Shown piece after piece: positions 47,585 through 59,014 of a DNA stretch of 64,000 nt. How positions within the stretch are numbered: position 1 is the stretch's first letter; the number at the start of each line of letters is the position of its first letter. Source of the stretch: Candidatus Latescibacterota bacterium (GTDB lineage Bacteria; Latescibacterota; UBA2968); the NCBI GenBank assembly GCA_965207885.1, contig OZ242311.1, positions 2,816,001 to 2,880,000 of the forward strand. The letters are read 5' to 3'. A model generated the notes under the pieces. The model saw nothing but the letters and a program-made list of their open reading frames with translations. It had not been told where the DNA came from and did no database searches. The translations under genes were made by a program, and so were the position numbers.

Positions 47585-48648
47585 CGCGCCTCCTTCTCTT
47601 GTTTTTTCATTCTATCTCGCGCTTTGCGAGAAATTCGATTCCATACGCCGGCAAAACCCATCGCCTTTTTCATAGCCAAAAGCGTTTCGTTCGCAAGTGC
47701 TTGGGTTTTGAGCGTACCTTCGTAAATCACTTGCTCGACATAACCCGACTGCGCCGCAAAATGTGCTCGGCGTTGGCGGATAGGTGCGAGAAACACATTG
47801 AGCGCGCGTGCCAATTTATCTTTCACTTCGACATCGCCCACGCGACCCTGGCGATAGCGGGTTTTGAGATCATTGACTTCAGCGACATTGGGATTAAATG
47901 CATCGTGATACATAAATACGGGATTGCCTTCGACAGTTCCCGGAATATCCGCGCGAACGCGCCTGGGGTCTGTGTACATACCGCGCACTTTTTTTTCTAC
48001 TGTCTTTTCATCATCAGATAAAAAAATCGCATTGTCGAGACTTTTGCTCATCTTTGCCTGTCCATCGGTTCCCACCAGGGTAGGCACATCGCCCATGAGG
48101 AGTTCGGGAATGGGAAATACATCGCCGTAATACGCGTTGAACCGACGCGCAATTTCCCGCGTCACTTCAACGTGCGCCTCATTGTCTTTCCCCACTGGCA
48201 CAACATGTGCACGCGGCATCAAAATATCGGCACTTTGAAGTACTGGATACCCAATCAGACCAAATGGAATAGCTTCATCGGTCATATTCGCCGCGCGTGC
48301 CATATCTTTCACACTGGGCAGCCGCGCCACGCGGGGCAATGTCACGAGCATCTCAAAAAATAGATTCATCTCGTACACAGCGTGAATGGCCGATTGCAAA
48401 TAAATGGTCGATTTTTTGGGATCTATGCCCACGGCCAAATAATCCAATACCATCTCATAGATATTTTCACGCAGTGCATCGATGTATTCTTTTTGGGGCT
48501 GCGTGGTCAACATGTGCAGGTCGGCCACTAAAAAATAGCTCTCGTAATCATCTTGCAGGGCCACGCGGTTTTTCAAAGACCCAACATAGTGCCCGAGATG
48601 CAAACGCCCCGTGGGCCGATCACCTGTCAAAATTCGCTTTTTTTCCAT
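47581..48648 (-). CDS. trpS: Tryptophan--tRNA ligase
   Basis: [27 protein letters not shown]. Confidence 0.95.
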   Translation of the reverse strand: MEKKRILTGDRPTGRLHLGHYVGSLKNRVALQDDYESYFLVADLHMLTTQPQKEYIDALRENIYEMVLDYLAVGIDPKKSTIYLQSAIHAVYEMNLFFEMLVTLPRVARLPSVKDMARAANMTDEAIPFGLIGYPVLQSADILMPRAHVVPVGKDNEAHVEVTREIARRFNAYYGDVFPIPELLMGDVPTLVGTDGQAKMSKSLDNAIFLSDDEKTVEKKVRGMYTDPRRVRADIPGTVEGNPVFMYHDAFNPNVAEVNDLKTRYRQGRVGDVEVKDKLARALNVFLAPIRQRRAHFAAQSGYVEQVIYEGTLKTQALANETLLAMKKAMGFAGVWNRISRKARDRMKKQEKEAR

Positions 48649-48660
48649 CAGTCCCCGCTT

Positions 48661-49188
48661 TTAATCATCCATAAAAAGATAGGGACGCCAGCGACGGTCT
48701 GGCACCCCAATATGATGTCGAATAAAGGTCACCCGATTGGGAGACTGAGGCTTGCGCAATAATGATAAACCGACTTCCGCAGGCGTATTGTCGCCCTTGC
48801 GGTTGTTGCATCGATGGCAGGCGCACACCAGATTATCCCATGAATTGCGCCCATTGTGAGACCGCGGCACCACGTGATCAATGGTAAATGGACCGCGGCG
48901 AATGCCACAATACTGACACTGGAACCCATCGCGTTTTAAGATATTGCGCTTGGTCAAGGCGAGCGGTTTGGGAGGCACGCGCACATATACGGCCAGACGC
49001 ACCACACTCGGTACGGGGAATGAATCGCTCACCGTATGAATACGAGAATCGCACGCTTCGACAACTTCGGCGCGACCTCGAAAAACCAGCACAATAGCCC
49101 TGCGCACAGAACACACGTGCAGAGGTTCGTAACTCTGATTGAGCACCAGCACAGACTGATTGAGTACCGTGGGCATTGTCACGGGCAT
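48661..49188 (-). CDS. HNH endonuclease
   Basis: LVLNQSYEPL, RDGFQCQYC, TIDHVVP, W.NLV.AC..CN..KG. Confidence 0.9.
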   Translation of the reverse strand: MPVTMPTVLNQSVLVLNQSYEPLHVCSVRRAIVLVFRGRAEVVEACDSRIHTVSDSFPVPSVVRLAVYVRVPPKPLALTKRNILKRDGFQCQYCGIRRGPFTIDHVVPRSHNGRNSWDNLVCACHRCNNRKGDNTPAEVGLSLLRKPQSPNRVTFIRHHIGVPDRRWRPYLFMDD

Positions 49189-49354
49189 GATAAAGCACCT
49201 CAAAAATAGCGATTAGCCTCCACCCATCTACTCCCTAACATAAATCCTCATGATATATTGTATTGACTACAAGGTGTCAAGCCTTATTCTGTGACATTTC
49301 TCGGTCTAAGGCCTTAACGCGATGCATTTCGGCAAGTATGCGCGGTGATGTGGG

Positions 49355-49615
49355 TCAATTCAGTACCTCCCAGTGCCCCCCTCTGGCTGGACCAACGCGA
49401 CGCAAACGGCCTTGTTCTTGGAGTTTGGCAAGCTGTTTTTCGATAGCACGCGTGGTGACACCGAGTATTCCAGCCAGTTTGGAAATCGTCATGTCGGGAT
49501 TTTCTGCGAGTCTGGTCAAAATCTCGACATCAGTTTTCTCCGAACTTTTTTCTAAATTTTGATCTTTCTCCGAACTTTTCTCCGAACTTTTTGGCAAAAC
49601 ATCCACCAATCTCAT
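49355..49615 (-). pseudogene. Isolated C-terminal winged HTH (Fic/RecG-like protein remnant)
   Basis: SSEK repeats (12-bp unit x3), then IL..L..NP..TI..LA..LG...RAIE..L..L...G.L.RVGP.RGGHWEV. Confidence 0.6.
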
Positions 49616-49748
49616 TTCTTCGCGACATTACGCACACAGCCTTGAATTGGCGGGTATTGCTTTCACCCAAAGCGATTTGGGAAAGGAAAGTTGGGGAGGA
49701 TCATTTGGAGAATTCTGATTATACTTAGCTATTATCCTCTCACCTTCT

Positions 49749-51485
49749 CTATAGCTCTACTAATGCTCGCTGAATGGGTAGTCTGGTGACTACAGGAGAA
49801 TTGAAGTCGGACAAAGTCTCCTTTACAGGGTTATAACCAAGTTGTGACCTGAGCAAATCTTTGGTCTTGCGAATTGAACTGCTCACGCTAACAGTATTCA
49901 TAAGTCCTTGAAGTTGCTGCTCTATTCGGAACTTGAGAGCTGTATTTTCACTCCTGATCGCCAAATCCAATGCAGTCTCGAAATCTGTCTGTGCCTCTTT
50001 TATGTGGTTCAATATAGCATTCGCAGTGCCTCGATTGTAGTAGACTAAGGCATCGTCTGGATTCAGGTGAATCGCCCGATCAAAGTCGGCAATCGCAGCT
50101 TCATACTCCCTAAGGACAAGCTTCGCATTACCTCGGTTGTGATAGGCCTCGGCATAGTCTGGATTTAGATCAATCGCTTGGTTATAATCGGCGATTGCAG
50201 CCTGATATTCGCCCAAGACAAACCTCGCAATGCCTCGATTATAATAAGCTTCGAAGTAGTCAGGTTTGAGAAGAATCACTTGGTCATCGTCGGTAATCGC
50301 AGCCTCATAGTCGCCAAGGATAAACTTTGCAATACCTCGATTATAATAGGCATCCGCATAGTCTGACTTCAAACGAATCGCTTGATCAAAGTCAACAATC
50401 GCAGCTTCATGATTCCCAAGGTTGCCCTTCGCAATGCCTTGATTGCAGTAAGCTTTGAATAAATCTGGATTTAACTGAATCGCTCGGTCAAAATCGGCAA
50501 TCGCAGCCTCATAGTCGCCAAGGACTCGCTTTAAAATGCCTCGATTGTAGTAGGCGTCGGCATAGTCTGGATTCAATTGAATCGCCCTGTCAAAATCGGC
50601 AATTGCAGCCTCAGGTTGCTTAATGACGCTCTTCACAATGCCTCGATGGCTGTAAGCCTCAATATAATCTGGATTTAACTGAATCGCTCGGTCAAAATCG
50701 GCAATCGCAGCTTCATAGTCGCTAATGAAAAGCTTCACACTGCCCCGGTTGTAGTAAACTTCTGCATCGTCTGGCTTCAGACTAAGTGCCCTGTCAAAAT
50801 CGGCAATTGCAGCCTCAGGTTGCTCCAGCATTCCTTTCGCAGTGCCTCGATTGGTGTAGGCATCGGCAAAATCGGGTTTTAGACTGAGTGCCCGGTCATA
50901 AACAGAAATGGCTTCTTGGATATTATTTTTTTTAGCAACTTCTACATCTCCTTCTGTCAAGAGATAACCAACGGAAAACCAGGCCTGAGCAGCAAGTTCA
51001 TTGTCAATTCCTTCTGAGACATTGGCGATGGAACGCCACTTTTCAATAGCCTCTTCAATTTCTCCGCCTCGTAGCAAAGAGTCGGCCTCGAAAATAGCGC
51101 GGTCTAAGGGAAATGCTGCGAGATTCTGCCGTACCTTTTGTATGGCTTCTTCCGCTTCCTGTTTCTGTCCATTGAGTGCCTTTACAAGTTCCTGCGCTTC
51201 CCCAGATCCTGCCTTCAATACGTCATAAAAGACATCGAGTTGTGAGCGATCCTCAACAGTGGAGAGAATTGCAATAGACTCAGCCATGCTCTCAGCATAG
51301 TCGGCAACGGTATCAGAGAGAGGGATTAGGATTTCCCAATTTCGTCCACCATATTTTTTAGTGTAGATGGTGGCACGCTTTCCCCATTGACCAACGTCTT
51401 TCCATCCATGAGTTTTAAGATAATGGCGCAGATTTGTGGATGGCAACGATGATAGGGCTGCTCGATCACGAATTTGGACTAACAT
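49749..51485 (-). CDS. Tetratricopeptide-repeat protein (~10 TPR) with an unusual N-terminal domain
   Basis: Repeats of AYYNRG..K..LG.YEAAIADFDRAI.LNPD; overlaps the DUF4365 stop. Confidence 0.88.
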   Translation of the reverse strand: MLVQIRDRAALSSLPSTNLRHYLKTHGWKDVGQWGKRATIYTKKYGGRNWEILIPLSDTVADYAESMAESIAILSTVEDRSQLDVFYDVLKAGSGEAQELVKALNGQKQEAEEAIQKVRQNLAAFPLDRAIFEADSLLRGGEIEEAIEKWRSIANVSEGIDNELAAQAWFSVGYLLTEGDVEVAKKNNIQEAISVYDRALSLKPDFADAYTNRGTAKGMLEQPEAAIADFDRALSLKPDDAEVYYNRGSVKLFISDYEAAIADFDRAIQLNPDYIEAYSHRGIVKSVIKQPEAAIADFDRAIQLNPDYADAYYNRGILKRVLGDYEAAIADFDRAIQLNPDLFKAYCNQGIAKGNLGNHEAAIVDFDQAIRLKSDYADAYYNRGIAKFILGDYEAAITDDDQVILLKPDYFEAYYNRGIARFVLGEYQAAIADYNQAIDLNPDYAEAYHNRGNAKLVLREYEAAIADFDRAIHLNPDDALVYYNRGTANAILNHIKEAQTDFETALDLAIRSENTALKFRIEQQLQGLMNTVSVSSSIRKTKDLLRSQLGYNPVKETLSDFNSPVVTRLPIQRALVEL

Positions 51486-51964
51486 AACGATTGTCCTTTC
51501 TCTGCCTTGGTCATCAAATCAACGAGTTGCTCAACATTGAACATATTGACCAAAGGAATATGAACCGTGATACTGGTAGTATTGCTAACCTCCTGATGCC
51601 CTTCCAGCGATACCCAATAGCCGCAATGGCGCAGACAAAGTTGCTCTTGAGTTTGCGTTAACCACTGTCTTTTTTCTTTTGGCATCAGTACAACGATCAA
51701 GATACGTGGCGTCCTGGTCTCTGCTCTCAAATCATCATAGTTTTTTATTTTTAGAGCAAAGTGTATGTTGTCACCTTGCACGATCTGCTGTGAGGTAGCC
51801 TTGGCTTGAAAGTCTATCCTGGGCCGTCGCCCGAAATCTGCGACCAGCGTACCATCAACACTGTCGTTATCCAACTCCGGCCTGGTTATCTGATAACCAG
51901 CCTGCGCCGCCACCGCTCTGATATATGCCAGAGAAAACTGCTCCTTCTGTTCGTTTAAATTCAT
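51479..51964 (-). CDS. DUF4365 domain protein (PD-(D/E)XK nuclease-like)
   Basis: KEQFS.AY..AVAA.AG, D.DSVD, ID.QAKAT, KNYDDLR, PRILIV. Confidence 0.85.
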   Translation of the reverse strand: MNLNEQKEQFSLAYIRAVAAQAGYQITRPELDNDSVDGTLVADFGRRPRIDFQAKATSQQIVQGDNIHFALKIKNYDDLRAETRTPRILIVVLMPKEKRQWLTQTQEQLCLRHCGYWVSLEGHQEVSNTTSITVHIPLVNMFNVEQLVDLMTKAEKGQSLC

Positions 51965-52114
51965 TACACCTCTTCCCTACCCCTCAAAGGTATCGCGCAG
52001 GATGACGAAAGCACCGTCTTTGTAGAACTTCTCTATAATATACTATGGATTTTTGTGGGATTGAACAAGCTGTAACCCTCGCGAGTATCCTAACTTATGA
52101 ATCAAAATGTTCTG

Positions 52115-55100
52115 CTAATTCTGGAGTATCCATTGGTTTCTAATTTCAGCAAATTCATCATCTGACAGGCAAATAGCTTCCCATTCTTTCAGCACATCAG
52201 GAATAGGGGCGTCCCGCCTGGTGTAATACTCAAATAATCTGTATGCCAAACCTGCTGCCGCCTCTCGAATCTCCAGTTTTTCAGAAATGTCCAACCCACC
52301 CGCATTCGTGGCTGTATCTTTAGCTATGTAATGTAACCCGATAAGTGTCAGCCTTTCGAGTTCATCGGCAAATGTCCAAGGATAATCTTTTATTAATTCA
52401 GCGATTAGGTTGAGGGCACTTGGCAGACCTATATTTTTCTGCCAGCGAACCATCTGACCTAACACACTCAAAATTTGTGAAAAATCCTTTTTACTTGTAT
52501 CCGTCTCCATATTTTCTACCATAACCCAAACAGCCCGTAGGCTATCAACAACTAACTCGTGGATATCGGAAGCCATTCCATTTTCAATCCTCTCAAGCAC
52601 ATCCTCTCTCGACTCGGGATATATGTGGAGACAGGCACTCTCCAGGCGAAGAGCATTGATCCCATAATCCCGTAGCTCACAGATCAATCGCTGTAATGTC
52701 TCTTCTCTATTATTTTCTTTGCTCAGGTTAAAATTCGGCGCAATAACAGCGGTGACGTTTACCAAGCGTTCAAATCTGTCTTTAAATTCATCTGCCGTAG
52801 AACCAAATAAGATATCACTAGGACTTATTTTTAAATATTTTTTGTCAGCGTCCCACCATTCAACAAGACGATCAAAAATTTCAAAAATATCTTTATTAGA
52901 CCATTCAATATAATTTCTTGCACGGATGATCTCTTCGCAGATCGGGATATGCCCTCTTGTAAAGGATATTTCGTTATCTTTTTGAATGGGAAATTGCGCG
53001 TCTTCGATATAATTCTTGAACAATGTGATTGGCTCAACATCCGGAGGATGAGGCAGGTAAATAAAAGCAAATTTATAAAAAATTGTTTCGGATGGAAGGC
53101 CTAATTGGTCCACTTGACTCCAGAGCGCTTCGGCAAATTCATTACTCTGTGTATTGGTCAAAATTACTAGATCATGCAACGTATTGAGTATGGATATCGC
53201 CCATTTTCTCGTATTTGGATCATCAGATGATACTTGTTCAATTAGGGCCTTTATTTTTTTTCAGAAATTATCGGTTTATTCCAATTCTGGTTTAGTTCCC
53301 TATCCAAATTGAGGAATTGAAATGGGTTAATAAATTCTCTTTCTTCAAGAGGATTAAGATTATCCAGAATAGGGAAGTCTATCAGTCTTGGAATCAAATC
53401 AAATCGTTGCTGAACTGAAAAAGCCCTCAGAAGCCGCACTGTCAAGTTACGGATTCCGCCATAGTTACTTCTGTATTCTGATTGATAGACACTAAGGAGA
53501 AAATTGAGAAGTTTTTCTTTTGCTTCGAATGAGCATTTGCAACACAGTCTGGACAAAATTTCTGGAATGACTTTTGCCAATATGACACCGAAATTATCTC
53601 CATAAAAGCGGTCCCCTGATCGGATATCAGCAATGCTTTGCTCAAGGGATTTTAGATACTGTGCAACAAGATTATCAACAGAAGCAGTCTGTATTTGTGA
53701 TAGCGACGCACGATTAAAAATATGATCAACAACCTTCTCTTCACCAATCCGTACCATACTAACCATTGCCCAGTACGGCGAATAATCCGCAATACGGGAC
53801 AATGTTCCCTCTGTGCTCTTTTTTTCTAAAGTGACTCCGGGTATTCTGAACGGGATACCAGCATCTTCACAAAAATGCAGAAAGTTATATGCCGTCAATG
53901 CTTCACTATCCCCACCACCAAAATGGTGGGTTTGTGTAACCCGTCCGATATCGAATTCTTTCTTTTTTGTTATCTGCGATCTTTTTACCGGTGGCCGTTC
54001 AAGAGAGCGTTCAAATATATTCAGTTCATTCTGCGGATCACATTTATATTGCTTAAGTGCATTCCAACGTTCAAAAATTTTATTTTGAATTTCTTGAGTC
54101 TCTGTCCAATCTCCTTCTTTTAATCCTACTGAAGTCTGTATATATTTCAGTAACAACATTACAAACGCTTCCTGTGAAACTAAAGAGTAATCCGTTGTAA
54201 TGGGCTTGAGGTTCAATTTGGACCGGATATTTGTTAGCGAATTTTCGAGAATATTCTTCGACTCTTCCACTTGCCCAATTTCGGCAAGCAACCCTGCCCT
54301 TTTTGCCTCCCAGAATGGCAAAGACTCATTAACCGGCCATTCTGAAAGTTGTTTTTTGAGTCCCGGCAAATTCAATCCAAAAAATGAATAAAGGGCGCAT
54401 TCATAATGAAAGCTTGCTTTATGCTCTGAGGATAAATTCACCATATCTTGCTGAATATTGTCACGCAATGTTTCCCACTTTTCCAAAAGTCCTTCTTCAC
54501 GATAATAGCGCATCATCGAAAGGATCAGATGATGACACATGTTCCTGATATCACTCCTATTTAGCTCCCAGGCATTCATCTCCTCTGAGGTCTCGGAAAC
54601 TTGTTCAAGCGACATCTCCATACCTGCTATAGGTAAATACCGATCCAATATTGCTTCAAAAAATGCTATTTGTTCATTCAAAATTGGACATAGACATTTC
54701 TCCATACGCCAGTTCAACTCAAAGGCAAATTCAAGATCAATAAAGTTAGGAAGGTTGTCTTGCACAGGGAGATAATTGATCCAGTGTTCGGTAAATGCCC
54801 AAAGAGAGCCTCGACGGTCTTCGGGAACAACTACCCATCCTGGATATAAAAGACGCTGTTTTTTCCAAACTGAGAGAAGCTTGGAAATCTGTGCTAACTT
54901 TACAGATTGCGGATCAGGATGCGAGAGTTCATTATCTTCTGGCTCTTCTGGCCACCCAAGCCTGTTATCTTCCGCCTTTCTTGAGAGCAAGTAATCAAGA
55001 AACTGCTCCAATGCCTTGTAGTGATTTCTACTTACATTAGGGTATTCAGATAGATCGACCAAAACAATATTACGCCGTTCAAGAAGTTTTTTCTGAGCCT

Positions 55101-55838
55101 CCGATAAGCTAAACGGACCAATAAGGTACATTTTAGGAGAATTTTGTTGTCCCAGGCTGTCGCGTATCCATCCAATCCACTGCAAAAAATTCGGATCATC
55201 GCCAGAAAATCCAATCAGACAAAGCGTATTTTCCAAGAGTGCTTGCCGAACGGTATTTACAAAAGGGGCAAAATTCTCAGGATAACACCTATAATCTTCC
55301 TCGGTAATGATAAATGGTGGATCTGATGGAAAGCTACCGTGCAGTTTAACGATCCGTGGTTTTTCCGAATTGATCAGGTCTTCCTTATTGACAACTACTT
55401 CATACCTTTTTGACGTGACTGCATTCCTTGCCCGTTCCAGTAACGTATCATAATTAGTCGTGAATATGTCCGACCAGGGTAGGGTAAGCAATTTCTTATG
55501 TAGCGATGACGGCTCATAATCATCATCTGGAATGGCATTGCGCAATATCTGATCCAGTGCGGGCCTCCCAAACGCAGCCTGCACCTCATCTGCAGTTTAA
55601 GCACATTGAGATATTTGCTTTGATTATCAGGTTTTTTGCCGTGGATTTTCTCGTAAAATATATCCCCGAGTTGGGACCAGTCAGGAAAACCAGAACCTGA
55701 AGCACTGTTTGGCGTGGCATTTTTGCTGAATCCAGCCCCGACCATAACAGCGGCATGCCCCGAAAAAAGACGCTCTGCAATCTCGTTTAAATACGGACGG
55801 AGGTTATCGGGAACAAAAGATGGTGTCGTTTTGCTCAT
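52115..55838 (-). pseudogene. Large SIR2-family (Dsr1-like defence sirtuin) gene split by two 1-bp deletions
   Basis: GAGFS, TTNYD, KLHGS, IGFSGDDPN SIR2_2 motifs; three ORFs join into ~1241 aa if 1 nt is restored near 55594 and in the A8 run at 53254-53261. Confidence 0.8.
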
Positions 55839-55924
55839 ATCTTTGTCTCTATCAATTTCTCTGCTTCGCGTTTGATAGACTCATTGTGAATAGATAGTTG
55901 TGGATTTTGTTCATTCTAAAATGT

Positions 55925-56049
55925 AATCAAAAAATAAGGCCGAGCACAACATGCTTGTACTCGGCCGCATCCATGGCACCTCAAAATTTGTCGGTGGCCT
56001 GCCAAAATTGGTCTTCAAACTCAGAATTGACACCCGTTTGAATACGCAT
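55925..56049 (-). pseudogene. hsdM: Type I restriction-modification HsdM 5' remnant
   Basis: Hand translation [40 protein letters not shown] matches the HsdM N-terminal signature; GAGGAG RBS; internal stop. Confidence 0.75.
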
Positions 56050-56097
56050 CGCACAACTCCTCTTTCTCACAGATCGGGCAAAATAGCGCAACATCCC

Positions 56098-56481
56098 TTA
56101 TTCATCAACCAGGCCCGCATAGGCATGTGCGTCCATTAAAAACTCTGTCTCTGAAGGATCTGAAAGGCGCACTTGAATCATCCATCCCTCTCCGTAAGGC
56201 TCGTCGTTGACCAGAGCAGCATCATCTGTCAACTGGATATTGACATCAACCACCTCACCCGAAACCGGTGCAATGAGATCGGACACCGTCTTGACCGCCT
56301 CAATTATGCCATAGGATTCCCCCTGAGCAACAAAATCGCCAATCTCTGGCAATTCTAAAAATACAATATCGCCCAGTTCCCCCTGCGCGTAATCCGTAAT
56401 CCCGCATGTGCCGGTATCACCCTCAATCCGAACCCAGTCGTGATCGCTATTAAAAAGTAAATCCTCTGGAATATCCGACAT
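56098..56481 (-). CDS. gcvH: Glycine cleavage system H protein
   Basis: GITDYAQ.ELGDIVF.ELP, EAVKTV lipoyl Lys, N.EPYGEGW. Confidence 0.93.
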   Translation of the reverse strand: MSDIPEDLLFNSDHDWVRIEGDTGTCGITDYAQGELGDIVFLELPEIGDFVAQGESYGIIEAVKTVSDLIAPVSGEVVDVNIQLTDDAALVNDEPYGEGWMIQVRLSDPSETEFLMDAHAYAGLVDE

Positions 56482-56520
56482 TTTCTGCTCCTTTATACCC
56501 TTGTCTATAAGAAATGGGCT

Positions 56521-57864
56521 TCACCCTCCATAGCCCAACTTGTTCACAAATTCTGTTGTTGCTCGTCCCGTTCTAAAATCCTCGTGTTGCAAGGCATGGA
56601 GGTGAAAGGGAATGGTCGTTGGTACCCCTTCGATCACAAACTCTTCAAGCGCGCGTACTGCCCGTGCAATTGCCTCGTCGCGCGTGTCGCCATATCCGAT
56701 GAGCTTGGCCAAAAGGGAATCGTACTGCGGGGGAACCGTATATCCCGTATATATGTGTGAATCAATGCGAATGCCCGGACCACCCGGCATGTGAAGGGAC
56801 GTAATTGTGCCGGGCGAGGGCCTGAAATTGTGCTCGGGATCTTCGGCATTGATCCGACACTCAATAGCATGCCCTTTGAAATCAAATAGGTCTTGAGATT
56901 GTGGAAGGGATGTACCGGCTGCGATGAGAATCTGCCATTTGACCAGATCGAGTCTTGCCACCATCTCTGTAACCGGGTGCTCGACCTGAATGCGCGTGTT
57001 CATTTCTAAAAAATAAAAATCACCAGAAGCATCGAGCAAAAACTCAACCGTGCCAGCACTGGCATATCCAACCGCGAGCGCACCTTTAATAGCAGCCTCT
57101 CCCATGCGCTGGCGCATGGCGTCATCAACTACGGGTGAAGGTGACTCCTCTATGAGCTTTTGATGCCGACGCTGGACCGAACACTCCCGTTCCCCCAAAT
57201 GCACAATACGCCCTGTCAAATCTCCCAACACTTGAATCTCCACATGCCGGGGCTGCACAATCTCTTTTTCTAAATAAAGCGCACCAGATGTAAACGCCGC
57301 CTGTGCCTCGGCCTGTGCCATTTGCCACGCGCGTTCCAACTCGCGCTCTGAAAAAACAGTGCGCATTCCCCGTCCACCTCCGCCTGCTACCGCCTTGAGG
57401 CGCACGGGGTATCCAATGCTACGCGCAGCTTGTTGGGCCGCCTCATAGCTCTCCAAAACCCCCGTACCCGGCGCAACGGGCACACCGGCCCCTTGCATGG
57501 TCTCTCGTGCGATGGCCTTATCGCCCATTTTGCGTATCGCTTCGGCAGATGGACCAATAAAAACAATGCCGCAAGTGCCGCAAATTTCGGCAAACTCGGC
57601 ATTCTCGGCCAGCGGACCATATCCCGGATGAATCGCATCGGCATTGGTCACTTCGGCAGCACTTAAAATGCGCGGAATATTTCGATAACTTTGCTCGCCA
57701 GAGGGTGGGCCAATACAAACATCTTCGTCGGCCATACCAACGTGCAGTGAATTGCTGTCCGCTTCAGAGTAAACGGCTACAGTTTGCAGCCCCAACTCTT
57801 TACAGGCTCGGATAATACGCAGCGCAATCTCGCCGCGGTCGGCAATGAGAACTTTCTCAAACAA
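56521..57864 (-). CDS. accC: Acetyl-CoA carboxylase biotin carboxylase
   Basis: [45 protein letters not shown]. Confidence 0.95.
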   Translation of the reverse strand: MFEKVLIADRGEIALRIIRACKELGLQTVAVYSEADSNSLHVGMADEDVCIGPPSGEQSYRNIPRILSAAEVTNADAIHPGYGPLAENAEFAEICGTCGIVFIGPSAEAIRKMGDKAIARETMQGAGVPVAPGTGVLESYEAAQQAARSIGYPVRLKAVAGGGGRGMRTVFSERELERAWQMAQAEAQAAFTSGALYLEKEIVQPRHVEIQVLGDLTGRIVHLGERECSVQRRHQKLIEESPSPVVDDAMRQRMGEAAIKGALAVGYASAGTVEFLLDASGDFYFLEMNTRIQVEHPVTEMVARLDLVKWQILIAAGTSLPQSQDLFDFKGHAIECRINAEDPEHNFRPSPGTITSLHMPGGPGIRIDSHIYTGYTVPPQYDSLLAKLIGYGDTRDEAIARAVRALEEFVIEGVPTTIPFHLHALQHEDFRTGRATTEFVNKLGYGG

Positions 57865-57957
57865 GGGTATGATCTCAAAAAAGGAAAGGTCAATAGGGCC
57901 TGCTCATTCGCAAGGGGGAGGGCAAACGACAACAAGCGAATAGGCATCCCCGAGGGG

Positions 57958-58443
57958 CTACTTTTGTGGATCAATTAAAAACAAGGGGGTATTGTATTCG
58001 ACGGGCGCGGCATTTTCAACCAGTACGCGCACCACCCGACCATTCACATCACACTCGATTTCATTCATAATTTTCATGGCTTCAATAATACACAGGGTCT
58101 GCCCTCTCGCCACCTCATCGCCTTCTGTTGCATAAGGCGGTGCTTCGGGGTTTGGCGATTGGTAAAACATACCCACCATAGGCGAGCGCAAAGTGTGATA
58201 GCGGCCATCGTCTTCACTTACAGCATCTTCAACCTGAGTCTCAGGTGCATCGACAGGTGCAGATGCTGACGCCGGTGGCGCAGATAGTGTTTGCACAATA
58301 GGGGCTTGCTGGCTGGCGCGCACAATGCGAATGCGCCCGCGTCCAAAGAGCTTGCGTTCAACCTCAACTTCCTGCACATCATCGGCGCCAATCAGATCGA
58401 TGAGTTCTTTTGCACTCGCTATTACCTGCTTGGAAATTTTCAC
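57958..58443 (-). CDS. accB: Biotin carboxyl carrier protein
   Basis: SPMVGMFY, EAMKIMNEI. Confidence 0.93.
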   Translation of the reverse strand: MKISKQVIASAKELIDLIGADDVQEVEVERKLFGRGRIRIVRASQQAPIVQTLSAPPASASAPVDAPETQVEDAVSEDDGRYHTLRSPMVGMFYQSPNPEAPPYATEGDEVARGQTLCIIEAMKIMNEIECDVNGRVVRVLVENAAPVEYNTPLFLIDPQK

Positions 58444-58452
58444 AATGATCTC

Positions 58453-59010
58453 CTAAACCCGTTCGACATAAGATTGGGTGCGCGTATCAATCTTCAACAC
58501 ATCGCCAATCTCGACAAATAGCGGAACCTGTACTGTTGCCCCGGTTACCACACGCGCGGGCTTTGTCCCGCCAGTGGCTGTATCGCCGCGCAAACCGGGA
58601 TCGGTTTGATCGACTTTTAATTCTACAAAAATGGGCAGTTCCACACCCAGGGCATTTCCCTCGGCAATCAGTACATCGACAATCTCATTTTCCTGCAACA
58701 GCTTTTGTGCATCGCCCACAATCTCCGTAGGCACTTCGTATTGGTCGTAGGTGCGGGTATCCATAAAAATGTAAAATGTGTCTTGTTTATATAAGTATTG
58801 GCTCTTGCGTTTTTCCAGACGAACATCATCTACTTTGTCGCCCGACCGGAATGTGCGGTCAATCACAGCGCCCGACTTCACACTCTTGAGCTTGGTGCGC
58901 ACGACCGCAGCACCTTTGCCGGGTTTAAAATGCTCAAACTCAGTCATAAAAAAAAGCTGTCCATCCAGGCGAATAACCATACCATTGCGAAAGTCAGAAG
59001 TAGAAACCAT
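58453..59010 (-). CDS. efp: Elongation factor P
   Basis: KPGKG.A.VR.KLK, PGLRGDTA.GG.KPA, VPLF; true start ATG 59010. Confidence 0.95.
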   Translation of the reverse strand: MVSTSDFRNGMVIRLDGQLFFMTEFEHFKPGKGAAVVRTKLKSVKSGAVIDRTFRSGDKVDDVRLEKRKSQYLYKQDTFYIFMDTRTYDQYEVPTEIVGDAQKLLQENEIVDVLIAEGNALGVELPIFVELKVDQTDPGLRGDTATGGTKPARVVTGATVQVPLFVEIGDVLKIDTRTQSYVERV

Positions 59011-59014
59011 AAAA

